Below, one piece after another: positions 49,855-59,198 of a stretch of 64,000 bases of DNA (its first letter is position 1; each line of letters starts with the position of its first letter). The notes beneath the pieces were generated by a model. That model saw only the letters and a program-made list of their open reading frames with translations. It had not been told where the DNA came from and made no database searches. This stretch comes from an archaeon (GTDB taxonomy: Archaea; Nanobdellota; Nanobdellia; Pacearchaeales; GW2011-AR1). Made by a program: the position numbers and the translations under genes. The stretch is taken from contig JAACWB010000005.1 of assembly GCA_009992215.1 (NCBI GenBank), forward strand, positions 16,676 to 80,675, written 5' to 3'.

Positions 49855-50328
49855 TTATGCTATAAAGGTTAAGATTATTGCAACATAAAAAAGAGTTATC
49901 AGCTGTGTTGTTATAAAATATTTTGCTGAAATTTCATAATTATTCTTTAATTTGAAAGTTACATAAATAAAAATTATCCATTCTAAAAATAATACATGAA
50001 AATAAATAAAAAATTGATTAAAAAAAGTTATTGCAAGTGTTCTAACTCCTGCGATAATAACAAAAGACAAAACCATGTTGAATAAAAATATAGAAAAATA
50101 TTCTTTTCTTCTTTCTATTGCCCCAATTCTAATTTTTCTTGTTAATTTTTTTGAAAATTCTGAAAAGACAAAACCAAAACTAAGCCCAATAAACCAAGAG
50201 ATATATGGCTTAATATATGTAAAAATTGTCTCGAAGATGTTAAAATAATATAACTCAAAAAAAGTTATAATTCCCATTAAAAAAAATAAAGAAAATTCCA
50301 ATAAAAAGAAATTTTTCTTTTCACTCAT
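49855..50328 (-). CDS. Hypothetical membrane protein
   Basis: About five hydrophobic helices. Confidence 0.65.
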   Translation of the reverse strand: MSEKKNFFLLEFSLFFLMGIITFFELYYFNIFETIFTYIKPYISWFIGLSFGFVFSEFSKKLTRKIRIGAIERRKEYFSIFLFNMVLSFVIIAGVRTLAITFFNQFFIYFHVLFLEWIIFIYVTFKLKNNYEISAKYFITTQLITLFYVAIILTFIA

Positions 50329-50411
50329 TGAAAGAATAGGAAAATTAAATTTAATAACTTATTTACTAAATCGTAAGATTTATTAAACCAAAATGTAAAA
50401 TATACTTGTAA

Positions 50412-50482
50412 GCGTGGATAGTTCAGTGGCAGAATCTCTGGCTTCCAACCAGATGACCTGGGTTCGAATCCCAGTCCGCGCA
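50412..50482 (+). tRNA. tRNA-Gly(TCC)
   Basis: GCGTGGA/TCCGCGC, TCTGG-CTTCCAA-CCAGA, CTGGG-TTCGAAT-CCCAG. Confidence 0.96.
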
Positions 50483-50643
50483 TATTCTTACTGGTCTTCG
50501 AACGAGACGTCATATTTTGGGTCGATTGGAAAACGACTCATCCAAAATATTCCATCAAGCCAATTATTCTTTCAGAAAAATCGACTTATCCCAAGTCCGC
50601 GCATATTCTAAATTTTTATTAATCTAAACTAGTTCTTGTAATA

Positions 50644-50904
50644 ATGAAAGAGAAAATTTCTAAAACTGAAGCAAAAGAGAAGATTAAAGAATTTTTTGAT
50701 AAAATTAAATCAAAGAGTCCAAAAGAAGTTTTGAAAATAAAAAAATTATCCATGAAAAATAGAATTCCATTGGGTATAAATAAAAAACTTTTTTGTTCTG
50801 ATTGCTTTGAACCCTACTTGGGAAATGAAAAAATTAGAATAACCAAAGGATTCAAAACAGTTACTTGTGAAAAATGTGGAAAAGTTAAAAAAATTAAATT
50901 ATAA
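50644..50904 (+). CDS. RNase P protein Rpp21 (Rpr2)-like, short form
   Basis: KLSMKNRI.L...KKLFCSDC...IRI...TCEKCG zinc ribbon. Confidence 0.75.
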   Translation: MKEKISKTEAKEKIKEFFDKIKSKSPKEVLKIKKLSMKNRIPLGINKKLFCSDCFEPYLGNEKIRITKGFKTVTCEKCGKVKKIKL

Positions 50905-50949
50905 AATATTCGTAATAATTTAAATAAAGTAAAAAAGCAAATACAATTT

Positions 50950-51120
50950 ATGATCACACAAATTAGGCTTTTTGGATTTATCAGCTTTTTTTTATTATTG
51001 ACAACAATAACTATGGGTATCCTTCTACATAAAGGTAAAATTAATTTTAAAATTCACCTTCTCTTTGCCCTGACAACATTACTCGTTACAATAATTCATT
51101 TCATATTGTATTATTTTTAG
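50950..51120 (+). CDS. Small two-helix membrane protein (56 aa)
   Basis: Not in the ORF track; MITQIRLFGFISFFLLLTTITMGILLHKGKINFKIHLLFALTTLLVTIIHFILYYF; stop lies 1 nt before the next ATG. Confidence 0.6.
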   Translation: MITQIRLFGFISFFLLLTTITMGILLHKGKINFKIHLLFALTTLLVTIIHFILYYF

Positions 51121-51121
51121 A

Positions 51122-51802
51122 ATGAAAATAAACGCGACAATAAATTATTTGAAAAAGAAGAAAAAGATTTTATTTTTGACAACTTCTAATAGATGGGAAA
51201 AGGGAAGAGAAAAACCAAAGAGTACTGAACTTGCATTACTTCTTGCAAAAAAACTTGGAAAAAAAGTGAGGGTAATTGATGTATCAAAGATAAAAATTTA
51301 TCCTTGCGAGGGAAATGTTTCTTCAAAGAAAGGAAATTATTGTGGAGTTAAAGGAGCATTACTAAAAGACAAGAGAAAAAATCCAAGTCAAAATCACAGA
51401 TGTTGGGCATCAATAAATAACAAAGATGATGAACTTTGGAAAATCACAAAAAAATTATTTGATTCTGACGTTATTTTATTTTTTGGTTCTGTTCGTTGGG
51501 GAAATATGGATTCTATTTATCAAAGATTAATTGAGAGACTTACATTTATTGAAAATAGACATTCAACGCTTAAAGGAGAAAATATTCTCAAGGGAAAAGA
51601 AGTTGGAGTTATTGCTATTGGGCACAACTGGAACGGAGAAAATGTGATTAAAACACAAAAAAAAGTGTTAAAATTTTTCGGATTTGATACTCCAAAAGAA
51701 TTATCTTGGAATTGGCAATACACAGAAAATGAAAATGATGAGAGTCAAGAAAATTATAAAAAAGCTTATTTGAAATTTGAAAAAGAATTAAATTCTAAGT
51801 GA
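51122..51802 (+). CDS. Flavodoxin-fold protein (NADPH-dependent FMN reductase / iron-sulfur flavoprotein-like)
   Basis: LTTSNR...S, IYPCEG, DDEL...SDVILFFGSVRWG, LIERL. Confidence 0.8.
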   Translation: MKINATINYLKKKKKILFLTTSNRWEKGREKPKSTELALLLAKKLGKKVRVIDVSKIKIYPCEGNVSSKKGNYCGVKGALLKDKRKNPSQNHRCWASINNKDDELWKITKKLFDSDVILFFGSVRWGNMDSIYQRLIERLTFIENRHSTLKGENILKGKEVGVIAIGHNWNGENVIKTQKKVLKFFGFDTPKELSWNWQYTENENDESQENYKKAYLKFEKELNSK

Positions 51803-52526
51803 ATTTATTGAGTACATCCATATATTTTTTGTTTAATCCTCCTAAACGAAATATCACTACTTTTTTGAATCCCTTGTTTTTTACAAATTCTAAATCTTTT
51901 TCCAAATTTTTTGGAGAAAGTATTGGCTCATTTCCCAAAATTCCAATTGCGATTGTTCCGAGGGAAATTGAGTAATTGTCTTTGTTACTTATTTTATTCA
52001 AATTTCTTTTAATTATTTTATTTACTTTTAGTTTCATCATACTTGAATACCACATAATACTTCGTTCATAATCTATATTATAATTAAGTCCTAGAAGTTT
52101 CATGAAATTTGAAATAAATGCAAAAGGATATTCTGCAGTTGTTACTCTTTCTTTATTCTTTTCTAAAAAATTCTTTATTAATTTTTTATTTTTTCTGAAG
52201 GAGAAAATATTTTTGAAATACATTTTCCATCTTGATTTAAGTGGAAGCTCCAAATCAATTAAAAGAGGATTTTTTATTTTATCTAATTCTGTGAATAACT
52301 CTATCAAATCTTTTTTGTTTGCAAAAGGGGAAATCCAATAAGAATTTTTTACAACTGGCCAATATGCAATATCTAAATCTTTTTTGTATTTTCTTGCAAG
52401 AGATTCATATTTTTTGAATTCTTTTATGGATTTACTTGCAATGAATATTTTAGTTGGAAATTTGACTAATTTTAATTTAGATAAATTTTCTTCATTTGGA
52501 AATTCTTCATAAAATTCTATTTTCAT
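51795..52526 (-). CDS. Hypothetical protein
   Basis: 243 aa ORF. Confidence 0.7.
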   Translation of the reverse strand: MKIEFYEEFPNEENLSKLKLVKFPTKIFIASKSIKEFKKYESLARKYKKDLDIAYWPVVKNSYWISPFANKKDLIELFTELDKIKNPLLIDLELPLKSRWKMYFKNIFSFRKNKKLIKNFLEKNKERVTTAEYPFAFISNFMKLLGLNYNIDYERSIMWYSSMMKLKVNKIIKRNLNKISNKDNYSISLGTIAIGILGNEPILSPKNLEKDLEFVKNKGFKKVVIFRLGGLNKKYMDVLNKFT

Positions 52527-53074
52527 TCTTCAAAAAACCTCTTTATTTTTTTAAAAATTTGTTTATCTTCTTGTATAGTGAAATGAAAAAAGTTCCAAAT
52601 AGTTCTAGGATTTTCTCCTTTTCCAGATTTTCCCGGAACTAAAATATCAAAAGGACAATAAAAATTAATTATTTTATTTTTACCTAATCTTTTTGATTTT
52701 ATTTTATTCAATAATTTTGAATCTTTAGATAATTGTTTTAATCCTTTCAAATTTTTAGAATAAAATTTAGTAATATATGTTCCATTTAAGGGGGAACAAA
52801 CTGTTGCTATTTTGTTTATTTTTTTTGAATTTTCAAATTTTGAATAATATTCTGCAATAATTCCCCCTGCGCTTATTCCAATAAGGTTAACAGTTTCTTT
52901 TGATTCCGTATTTTTTATTATAAATTTGTCTAGATCCTTTGCAATTTCTTCGATTGTTTGTGTTAAACTAGAATTATATTCAAAACATAAAACAGGTGTT
53001 CTCAAAATTTGCTTTGCTATTCTGGATTGAGCAATATAACCTTTAAACCCATAAATAAAAATAGTCTTTTTCAT
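52523..53074 (-). CDS. Alpha/beta hydrolase (lipase-like)
   Basis: IFIYG, nucleophile elbow GISAGG, SPLNGT, D.LV, FH. Confidence 0.75.
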   Translation of the reverse strand: MKKTIFIYGFKGYIAQSRIAKQILRTPVLCFEYNSSLTQTIEEIAKDLDKFIIKNTESKETVNLIGISAGGIIAEYYSKFENSKKINKIATVCSPLNGTYITKFYSKNLKGLKQLSKDSKLLNKIKSKRLGKNKIINFYCPFDILVPGKSGKGENPRTIWNFFHFTIQEDKQIFKKIKRFFEE

Positions 53075-53098
53075 AAACAACCAAATAAAAAAATATAT

Positions 53099-53296
53099 TT
53101 AAGCTTTCTTGAAGTTAGAAACTAATTCAATTGTGTCTGCTTGACCAAGGAATTGTTTTCTACAACAGTATCTTTCAACACCTAATTCTTCTAAAACCTT
53201 TTTTTTGTCTTCACCATCAGCTACTCTACGCTTGTATTCTTCCCACAAGTGTCCGATTGGCTTTCCGCATGAAAAACATCTAACTGGAATTATCAT
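53099..53296 (-). CDS. rpoN: RNA polymerase subunit Rpo10 (N)
   Basis: MIIPVRCFSCGK...RYCCR. Confidence 0.98.
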   Translation of the reverse strand: MIIPVRCFSCGKPIGHLWEEYKRRVADGEDKKKVLEELGVERYCCRKQFLGQADTIELVSNFKKA

Positions 53297-53429
53297 ATTA
53301 ATATTCGCATCTTTTGGTTTTTAAAGGTTACGATTAAAATTAATTGTATATTTTCTAAGAAGATAAATGTTTAAAAAGTAAAAAGTTTTTTTGACTAAAG
53401 TAAAGGAGAATCGCCTAGCGAAAAAGAGG

Positions 53430-53597
53430 ATGACAAGAAAATGCATTTATTGTAACCAAGCAGTTTCTGATGATAGTGTAATAGACTTTTGTGATTCTTG
53501 TGGTATTCGTGTTTGGGGAGACAAAATGTTTAGAACAATCAAAGAAAGTATGGAAGGAGCAAGAGCAAACGGTACACTTTGTAATTCAGAATTATAG
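53430..53597 (+). CDS. Small zinc-finger protein
   Basis: CIYC...FCDSCG..VWG; ATG at 53430. Confidence 0.65.
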   Translation: MTRKCIYCNQAVSDDSVIDFCDSCGIRVWGDKMFRTIKESMEGARANGTLCNSEL

Positions 53598-53674
53598 AGA
53601 GTAACTAATTCTAAAATTGATATCTCTTGTCTAGAAGGACAAGGTTTTTAAAGGGAAATTTTCTCAACTAGATT

Positions 53675-53944
53675 ATGGTAAGAAGAAAAGAAATAAGGAC
53701 TAGAGGAAAATTTTCCTTTTCGAGGTATTTTCAAAGATTCAAAGAAGGAGATAATGTAGCAGTTGTTAGAGAAGTTTCTCTAGTTGCAAGTTTCCCAAAA
53801 AGATTACAAGGTCGAACTGGAGTAGTTATTGGAAAACGAGGAAAATCATACATTGTTAAAATTAAAGATCAAGCAAAACCGAAGGATTATTTGATTGCAC
53901 CAGTACATTTAAAAAAGATAAAACAAATTGAGAAAGTACAATGA
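53675..53944 (+). CDS. rpl21e: 50S ribosomal protein eL21
   Basis: FKEGDNV, QGRTGVV, PVHLK. Confidence 0.96.
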   Translation: MVRRKEIRTRGKFSFSRYFQRFKEGDNVAVVREVSLVASFPKRLQGRTGVVIGKRGKSYIVKIKDQAKPKDYLIAPVHLKKIKQIEKVQ

Positions 53945-54237
53945 TTAAAGGAAATAAAGCACTAAGTATGGCAGAAGCACAAGAATATATTAGTGAAAAT
54001 AATCCTGAAATTAATGCATTTGTAAAAAATTTTACAAAATTAACATTCGAGCAAGGAAAGGAAATGAGAGAAAAATTACTTTCACTTGATTTAATTAAAC
54101 TAAACGAAAAACACATTTCAAAAATAATTGATGTGCTACCAGAAGACAAAGACGAATTGAATAAGGTTTTGTCTGATGTAAACTTTGACGAAAATGAGAT
54201 TAATAACATATTATCAACAATTAAAGAATTCAAATAG
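53941..54237 (+). CDS. rpoF: RNA polymerase subunit Rpo4 (F)
   Basis: LSMAEA, KIIDVLPEDKDEL; conserved position between eL21 and DUF655. Confidence 0.9.
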   Translation: MIKGNKALSMAEAQEYISENNPEINAFVKNFTKLTFEQGKEMREKLLSLDLIKLNEKHISKIIDVLPEDKDELNKVLSDVNFDENEINNILSTIKEFK

Positions 54238-54242
54238 AGAAA

Positions 54243-54776
54243 ATGAGAGAAGACAATGCAATTATACTAGAATATTTACCAAACGGTTATCCGTTGGAAA
54301 AGAAAATGATGCCAATAGCTCAAGCTATCGGAGAAAATAATTTCACTCTTCTAGAATTAGTTCCTAGGAGAGGAGTACCACTCGAGATTGGAGAGAAAGT
54401 CTACATTGGAGAAGGTAAACGAGATAAAGTTTATTATATCCTTGGAAGACTTAAGAGAGAAAAGTTAACAGAATCTGCTAAAGTTCAACTTCAAGAGACA
54501 ATTAAAGAAGCTGTGAAATTGAATGAAGCAAAATTCGTTAAGTTTTTTAATGAAGCTCCCGCAATCAATAAGAGACTGCATCAAATTGAACTTTTGCCTG
54601 GCCTAGGTAAAAAACATATGCAGGAAATAATCAAGCAAAGAGAAGAGAAGGAATTTGAATCTTTTGCTGAGATGAAAAAAAGGGTTCCGAATCTACCTGA
54701 TCCTGAAAAGGCAGTAGAGAAAAGAATCTTTCAAGAACTAACAAACATAGAAAGGTACAACCTTTTCACACAATAA
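54243..54776 (+). CDS. DUF655 family putative RNA-binding protein
   Basis: QAIGE..FTLLEL, FFN, RLHQIELLPGLGKK. Confidence 0.93.
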   Translation: MREDNAIILEYLPNGYPLEKKMMPIAQAIGENNFTLLELVPRRGVPLEIGEKVYIGEGKRDKVYYILGRLKREKLTESAKVQLQETIKEAVKLNEAKFVKFFNEAPAINKRLHQIELLPGLGKKHMQEIIKQREEKEFESFAEMKKRVPNLPDPEKAVEKRIFQELTNIERYNLFTQ

Positions 54777-54777
54777 A

Positions 54778-55236
54778 ATGGCACAAGAAAGCAGAGAAAA
54801 CAGAGTAGTAAGAATCTTATCAAAAGATATTGAAGGTAAAATGAAATTATATCCTGGATTAACAAAAATCAAGGGAGTTTCATGGGCACTTTCAAATGCA
54901 GTTTGTCAAATTTTAAATTTAGACAAAGCAATGAAGATTGGTCAATTAACTGAAGAACAAATTAAAAAAGTTGAAGCTTTTTTGAAAAATCCTGAAGTTC
55001 CTGAATATATTTTGAATAGAAGAAATGATTTTGAATCTGGAATCAATAAACATTTAATTGGTACTGATTTAGAATTAACTGTTGAATTTGATATTAAAAG
55101 ACTTAAGAAAATTAAATCTTACAGAGGATACAGACATATGGCTGGACTTCCAATGAGAGGTCAAAGAACTAAGTCAAACTTCAGAAGATTTAGAAGAAAA
55201 GGTGCTGGAATTAAGAAGAAAGGAGAAAAGAAATAA
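54778..55236 (+). CDS. rps13: 30S ribosomal protein uS13
   Basis: IKGV, SYRGYRH..GLPMRGQRTKSN. Confidence 0.98.
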   Translation: MAQESRENRVVRILSKDIEGKMKLYPGLTKIKGVSWALSNAVCQILNLDKAMKIGQLTEEQIKKVEAFLKNPEVPEYILNRRNDFESGINKHLIGTDLELTVEFDIKRLKKIKSYRGYRHMAGLPMRGQRTKSNFRRFRRKGAGIKKKGEKK

Positions 55237-55244
55237 AATAGAAA

Positions 55245-55739
55245 ATGAAGAGAAGACATAAAATTTATTCAAGACCAAAAAGACCTTTTGACAAGGCTAG
55301 AATCGAAGAAGAAGTAGTTATTGTTAAGGAATATGGTTTGAAAAATAAAAGAGAAATTTGGAAAGCAGAAGCGAAAATTCGTTCAATGAGACAAAAGGCA
55401 AAGAAATTAATTACTGCCTCAGCTGAAGAACAAGAAGCATTATTTGCAAGATTGAAAAAAATTGGAATGAATGTTAATACAATTGCTGATATTTTAGGAT
55501 TAGACAAAACAGATTATTTGAATAGAAGACTTCAAACAATTGTTGCAGTAAAAGGACTTGCTACAACTCCAAAAACAGCAAGACAAATGATTACTCATAA
55601 AAAAATACTAGTGAATGGAAATGTTGTTGATACACCTTCATATATTGTTCCAGTTGAATTTGAAAGTACAATTGAAATTAAACAAAAAACTAAAAAACCA
55701 GTTTCAGAAAAGAAAGAAGAAACTGTAGAACAAGAATAA
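55245..55739 (+). CDS. rps4: 30S ribosomal protein uS4
   Basis: YGLKNKREIW, RRLQTIV, ARQMITH. Confidence 0.98.
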   Translation: MKRRHKIYSRPKRPFDKARIEEEVVIVKEYGLKNKREIWKAEAKIRSMRQKAKKLITASAEEQEALFARLKKIGMNVNTIADILGLDKTDYLNRRLQTIVAVKGLATTPKTARQMITHKKILVNGNVVDTPSYIVPVEFESTIEIKQKTKKPVSEKKEETVEQE

Positions 55740-55740
55740 A

Positions 55741-56241
55741 ATGACAAAGAAAGAAATTATTGACGAAGAAAAAATTGAACTTCCAGAAATGGAAGAGGAT
55801 ACTGATGAAGAACTTGAAGTTAAAGAAGAATTTAAAGTTGAAGGTCCAAAGAAAGTTACTGTTTGTAAAGAATCAGAAGCTGTAATTAACATTTATACTT
55901 CTTTTAACAACACAATTGTTCATGTAACTGACATGAGTGGAAAAACAATTTCAAAAGTTACTGGTGGAATGGTTACAAAACATAATCGTCTTAAAGCTAA
56001 CCCAACAATTGCTATGTTTATTTCAAAAAGAATTGCTGAAGAAGTTAAAGATTTAGGAATCAAATCATTTTACGTTAGAATTAGAGCAAAAACAAGAAAT
56101 CCTGCTCCAGGACCTGGTGCACATACAATTGTTAAATCATTAACAAGAGAAGGATTTAAGATTTTGAATATTTTAGACACAACTAGAAATCCTAGAGGTG
56201 GACCTAAGAAGAAAGGTGGACGTAGAGGTCGTAGACCATAA
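55741..56241 (+). CDS. rps11: 30S ribosomal protein uS11 with an acidic N-terminal extension
   Basis: SFNNTIVHVTD, PGPGA, GGRRGRR. Confidence 0.97.
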   Translation: MTKKEIIDEEKIELPEMEEDTDEELEVKEEFKVEGPKKVTVCKESEAVINIYTSFNNTIVHVTDMSGKTISKVTGGMVTKHNRLKANPTIAMFISKRIAEEVKDLGIKSFYVRIRAKTRNPAPGPGAHTIVKSLTREGFKILNILDTTRNPRGGPKKKGGRRGRRP

Positions 56242-56284
56242 GTCTTAAAAATTAAATTAGATAACTAAAAATATATATTAGAAA

Positions 56285-56992
56285 ATGCAAATTATAAAAA
56301 AATCAGACGAAAAATTGGTATTTACTGCACAAGTGACTGAAAGTTTAGCTAATTCAATTAGAAGAAGTGTTGGTTTAATTCCAGTTATGGCAATTGATGA
56401 ATTAGAAATTGCAAAAAACGATTCTGCTTTATACGATGAAACATTAGCTCACAGAGTTGGGCTTGTTCCTTTGAAAATGTCTAAAGATATCAAAGAAGAT
56501 ACTGTTTTGAAATTAAAATTGAACAAGAAAGGTCCAGGATATGTTTATTCAAAAGATCTTAATGGTGATTGCGACGTTGTTTATTCAGAAATTCCTTTAA
56601 CTTTGCTTAAGGAAGGTCAAGAAGTTAAAATTACTGCTATAACTAAAGTTGGTTATGGAAAGGATCATGCTAAATTTGCTCCAGGATTATTAGTTTATAG
56701 AAACGCTTGTGAAATCACATTACCAAAAAAACATAAAGAAATTATTTCAAAAACATTTCCAGAAAATACAATTAAGGAAAAAGGCGAAAATATTATTATA
56801 AAAGACGACAAGGAAAAATCATTGATTGATTTTTGCGAGGGACTTTGTAAGAAAGATGATGACAATTGTGAAGTGAAAGACACAAGTGAATTGGTTTTTA
56901 CAATTGAATCTTTTGGTCAAATTAGTGCAAGTGAAATTTTCAAGCAAGCAATTGAGGGTTTGAAAAAAGAATTGAAATCTTTGAAATTGTAA
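56285..56992 (+). CDS. rpoD: RNA polymerase subunit Rpo3 (D)
   Basis: ANSIRR, NDSALYDETLAHRVGLVPL, GKDHAKF, IESFG. Confidence 0.97.
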   Translation: MQIIKKSDEKLVFTAQVTESLANSIRRSVGLIPVMAIDELEIAKNDSALYDETLAHRVGLVPLKMSKDIKEDTVLKLKLNKKGPGYVYSKDLNGDCDVVYSEIPLTLLKEGQEVKITAITKVGYGKDHAKFAPGLLVYRNACEITLPKKHKEIISKTFPENTIKEKGENIIIKDDKEKSLIDFCEGLCKKDDDNCEVKDTSELVFTIESFGQISASEIFKQAIEGLKKELKSLKL

Positions 56993-57063
56993 GAAGGTTT
57001 TTTTATTTAAATTCTAAATTTTTTTATATAAATTAATATAAACGAAGATTATTTTTTTTATTT

Positions 57064-57540
57064 ATGAGAATTTTGTCAAGAGAAGAAGCAAATTTTTTTA
57101 TTAAAGAGTGTATTTCTGTTGCAAAGAAAGCAACTTGCTCTCGTTTTAAATGTGGAAGTATAATTGTTAAGGACGGAAAAATAATAGGAAGTGGTTTTAA
57201 TTCTCCGCCAAAGGACCTAGAGAGTCAAAGAAGGTGTTTTAATTCTAAGGCTGATTATGATGTGAAAGTTACGGATAAAACTTGTTGTGTTCACGCTGAA
57301 CAAAGGGCGATGTTTGATTCTCTACGAAGGAACCCTAAAAAAATTAAAGGAAGTACCTTATATTTTGTTAGAATTAATGAAGAAGGTGAAGTTCTTTTTG
57401 CGGGAAAACCTTATTGTACTATTTGTTCAAAGATGGCACTTGACATTGGAATAAAAGAGTTTGTTTTATTTCACGAAGACAAAGCAATAGCTTATGAAGT
57501 GGAAGAATATAATAATTTTAGTTATGGGTATTTCAGTTAA
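57064..57540 (+). CDS. dCMP deaminase-like zinc-dependent deaminase
   Basis: ATC...GSIIVKDG.IIGSGFN, HAEQRA, PYCTICSK. Confidence 0.85.
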   Translation: MRILSREEANFFIKECISVAKKATCSRFKCGSIIVKDGKIIGSGFNSPPKDLESQRRCFNSKADYDVKVTDKTCCVHAEQRAMFDSLRRNPKKIKGSTLYFVRINEEGEVLFAGKPYCTICSKMALDIGIKEFVLFHEDKAIAYEVEEYNNFSYGYFS

Positions 57541-57581
57541 TTTTACAAAAAAATTTGGCAGGGTTTTTCAGAAAATTTTGC

Positions 57582-57616
57582 AAAAAAAAGGACAACTGTT
57601 AAGCTGTCCTTTTTTT
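57582..57616. terminator. Bidirectional stem-loop terminator at the island boundary
   Basis: A tract-GGACA-loop-TGTCC-T tract between convergent genes. Confidence 0.7.
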
Positions 57617-57626
57617 AATTTGTTAA

Positions 57627-58064
57627 TTATTTTATTACCCAAATAAAATCCATCTGGGTAAAGTAAATTATTATCCAAAGAAAAAGTGTGTAGATTACTG
57701 AAAAATATAATCCTTTTATCACGCCTTCTTTTTTGTCAACTTCCCGATAAGTTTTTACTGAACCAACAATAAAAACTGCAAGAAGCGTTAATGCAATTCC
57801 CCGGCATAAATCAACATTTTTAATTCCAAGGTCATTAATCCATGCAAGGAACCACAGCAAACCAGAATAAATCCAAATTGCATGCAAATTTTTCTTGTTA
57901 CTAAAAAAGGATTTTAATGAGTAAAGAATAAATCCCCCTAACATTAATTTTGAAAGAAGACTTATTTCACGAGGAATTTCTTTTGAGCTATTCAAGAAGA
58001 TATATACCAAAGCGAAAGCTCCAAGAATAACAAAAAATTTGTCAATGATTTTTTCTGTTTTCAT
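57627..58064 (-). CDS. Hypothetical membrane protein
   Basis: Four to five hydrophobic helices. Confidence 0.7.
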   Translation of the reverse strand: MKTEKIIDKFFVILGAFALVYIFLNSSKEIPREISLLSKLMLGGFILYSLKSFFSNKKNLHAIWIYSGLLWFLAWINDLGIKNVDLCRGIALTLLAVFIVGSVKTYREVDKKEGVIKGLYFSVIYTLFLWIIIYFTQMDFIWVIK

Positions 58065-58067
58065 TTA

Positions 58068-58559
58068 TTATTTTTTAGATTTGTTAATTAATTGCTCTAA
58101 CCAGTTTTTCAGAAAATTGAATTCTGGATTTCTTTCAAGATTGTTTAAAACAAATTCATGACGATGAATCAATTCCTCAAAAGGAATTTCTTCTCCTTTA
58201 TTGTAAGATGCTTTAATTGAATCCAAAACTAGCCGAGCATAATGGTTTGACATTTTTTCTACTTCTTTTTCTAAATCGGTTTCTTTGGAATAGTTTACAG
58301 AAGGAAGATTTAGTTGAAACAAAAAACTTTCTGAATATAAATAACATTTATATCTACTTTGAATAAAATATTCCGAATTTCCTTCAGAAGGATTTTTGTA
58401 TTTTTCTATTAAATCAAAAATTCTATCTAAAGAAAGAGGAGGAATATTTTTCTGTCCGTTATTTGTTTTAACTTCAAGTGAATTTTCTAATACCCTTTCA
58501 AATAAATCAATCATTAAAGGGGCTGAACCAATTCTTTCATTTAATATTTTGTTTGGCAT
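58068..58559 (-). CDS. Hypothetical protein
   Basis: 163 aa ORF. Confidence 0.65.
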   Translation of the reverse strand: MPNKILNERIGSAPLMIDLFERVLENSLEVKTNNGQKNIPPLSLDRIFDLIEKYKNPSEGNSEYFIQSRYKCYLYSESFLFQLNLPSVNYSKETDLEKEVEKMSNHYARLVLDSIKASYNKGEEIPFEELIHRHEFVLNNLERNPEFNFLKNWLEQLINKSKK

Positions 58560-58560
58560 T

Positions 58561-59196
58561 TTATTTAATTTTAAAAAGTTGAATATTTAATCCAGCAGAA
58601 AGAGAAAGAACACCAAAATCAATTTTGTCTTTGAATTTATTTTCACCTTCGATTATGTAATAATCATAATCTAGTAGTATGAACAATTCAAATGGCTGGC
58701 AACAAAAATTTGCTCCGATTCCGATTCCAAGTAATGAACCTGCACCTTTTGATTCGGTAAACAATTCTTTATTTGATGGGACTTCTCTTGCTTTTGTATA
58801 TCCCCCTCTTAAAGAAAGGAAAGGATAGACTTCAGAGAGAACAGGTTTTTTTGAAACTATTTTTGATTCAAGCCCATATGTATTGAAAGATAAATCAAAA
58901 GTTTCTTCGCTGAATCCATATTCTTCTTCAAGCCAAAGATAATCTGTTACATAAGAAAAATTATAGAACGCGAATATTTCTAAATTGTCAAGTCTTACAC
59001 CGCCCCTTAAACTCAAAGTTGCTGGATACAATTCATACTGTTCGGCTAATTTTCCAGAGAGTATTTTAGAAGAACCAAATTCTCCTCCCACAACAAAAGA
59101 TAATTTTGTTGTGTCTTTTAATTCAGTATTAAAACACTGAGAAAAAGAAGGGAGGGAGAACATAATAACAATTGAAATTAAAATTAATTTTTTCAT
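58561..59196 (-). CDS. Putative outer-membrane beta-barrel protein
   Basis: Signal peptide MKKLILISIVIMFSLPSFS/Q; alternating beta-strand patterns (YPFLSLRGGY, LGIGIGANF, LSLSAGLNIQLF). Confidence 0.7.
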   Translation of the reverse strand: MKKLILISIVIMFSLPSFSQCFNTELKDTTKLSFVVGGEFGSSKILSGKLAEQYELYPATLSLRGGVRLDNLEIFAFYNFSYVTDYLWLEEEYGFSEETFDLSFNTYGLESKIVSKKPVLSEVYPFLSLRGGYTKAREVPSNKELFTESKGAGSLLGIGIGANFCCQPFELFILLDYDYYIIEGENKFKDKIDFGVLSLSAGLNIQLFKIK

Positions 59197-59198
59197 AA

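Noticed and set aside
49596..49856. Split or permuted tRNA interpretation of the extra tRNA-Arg fragments
   Set aside because: An intact tRNA-Arg lies between them, the fragments contain no anticodon arm, and I could not identify a clear bulge-helix-bulge motif by eye.
53595..53645. Resemblance of TAGAGAGTAACT and TTGTCTAG to the hairpin before tRNA-Arg
   Set aside because: Short, out-of-order matches that are likely chance.
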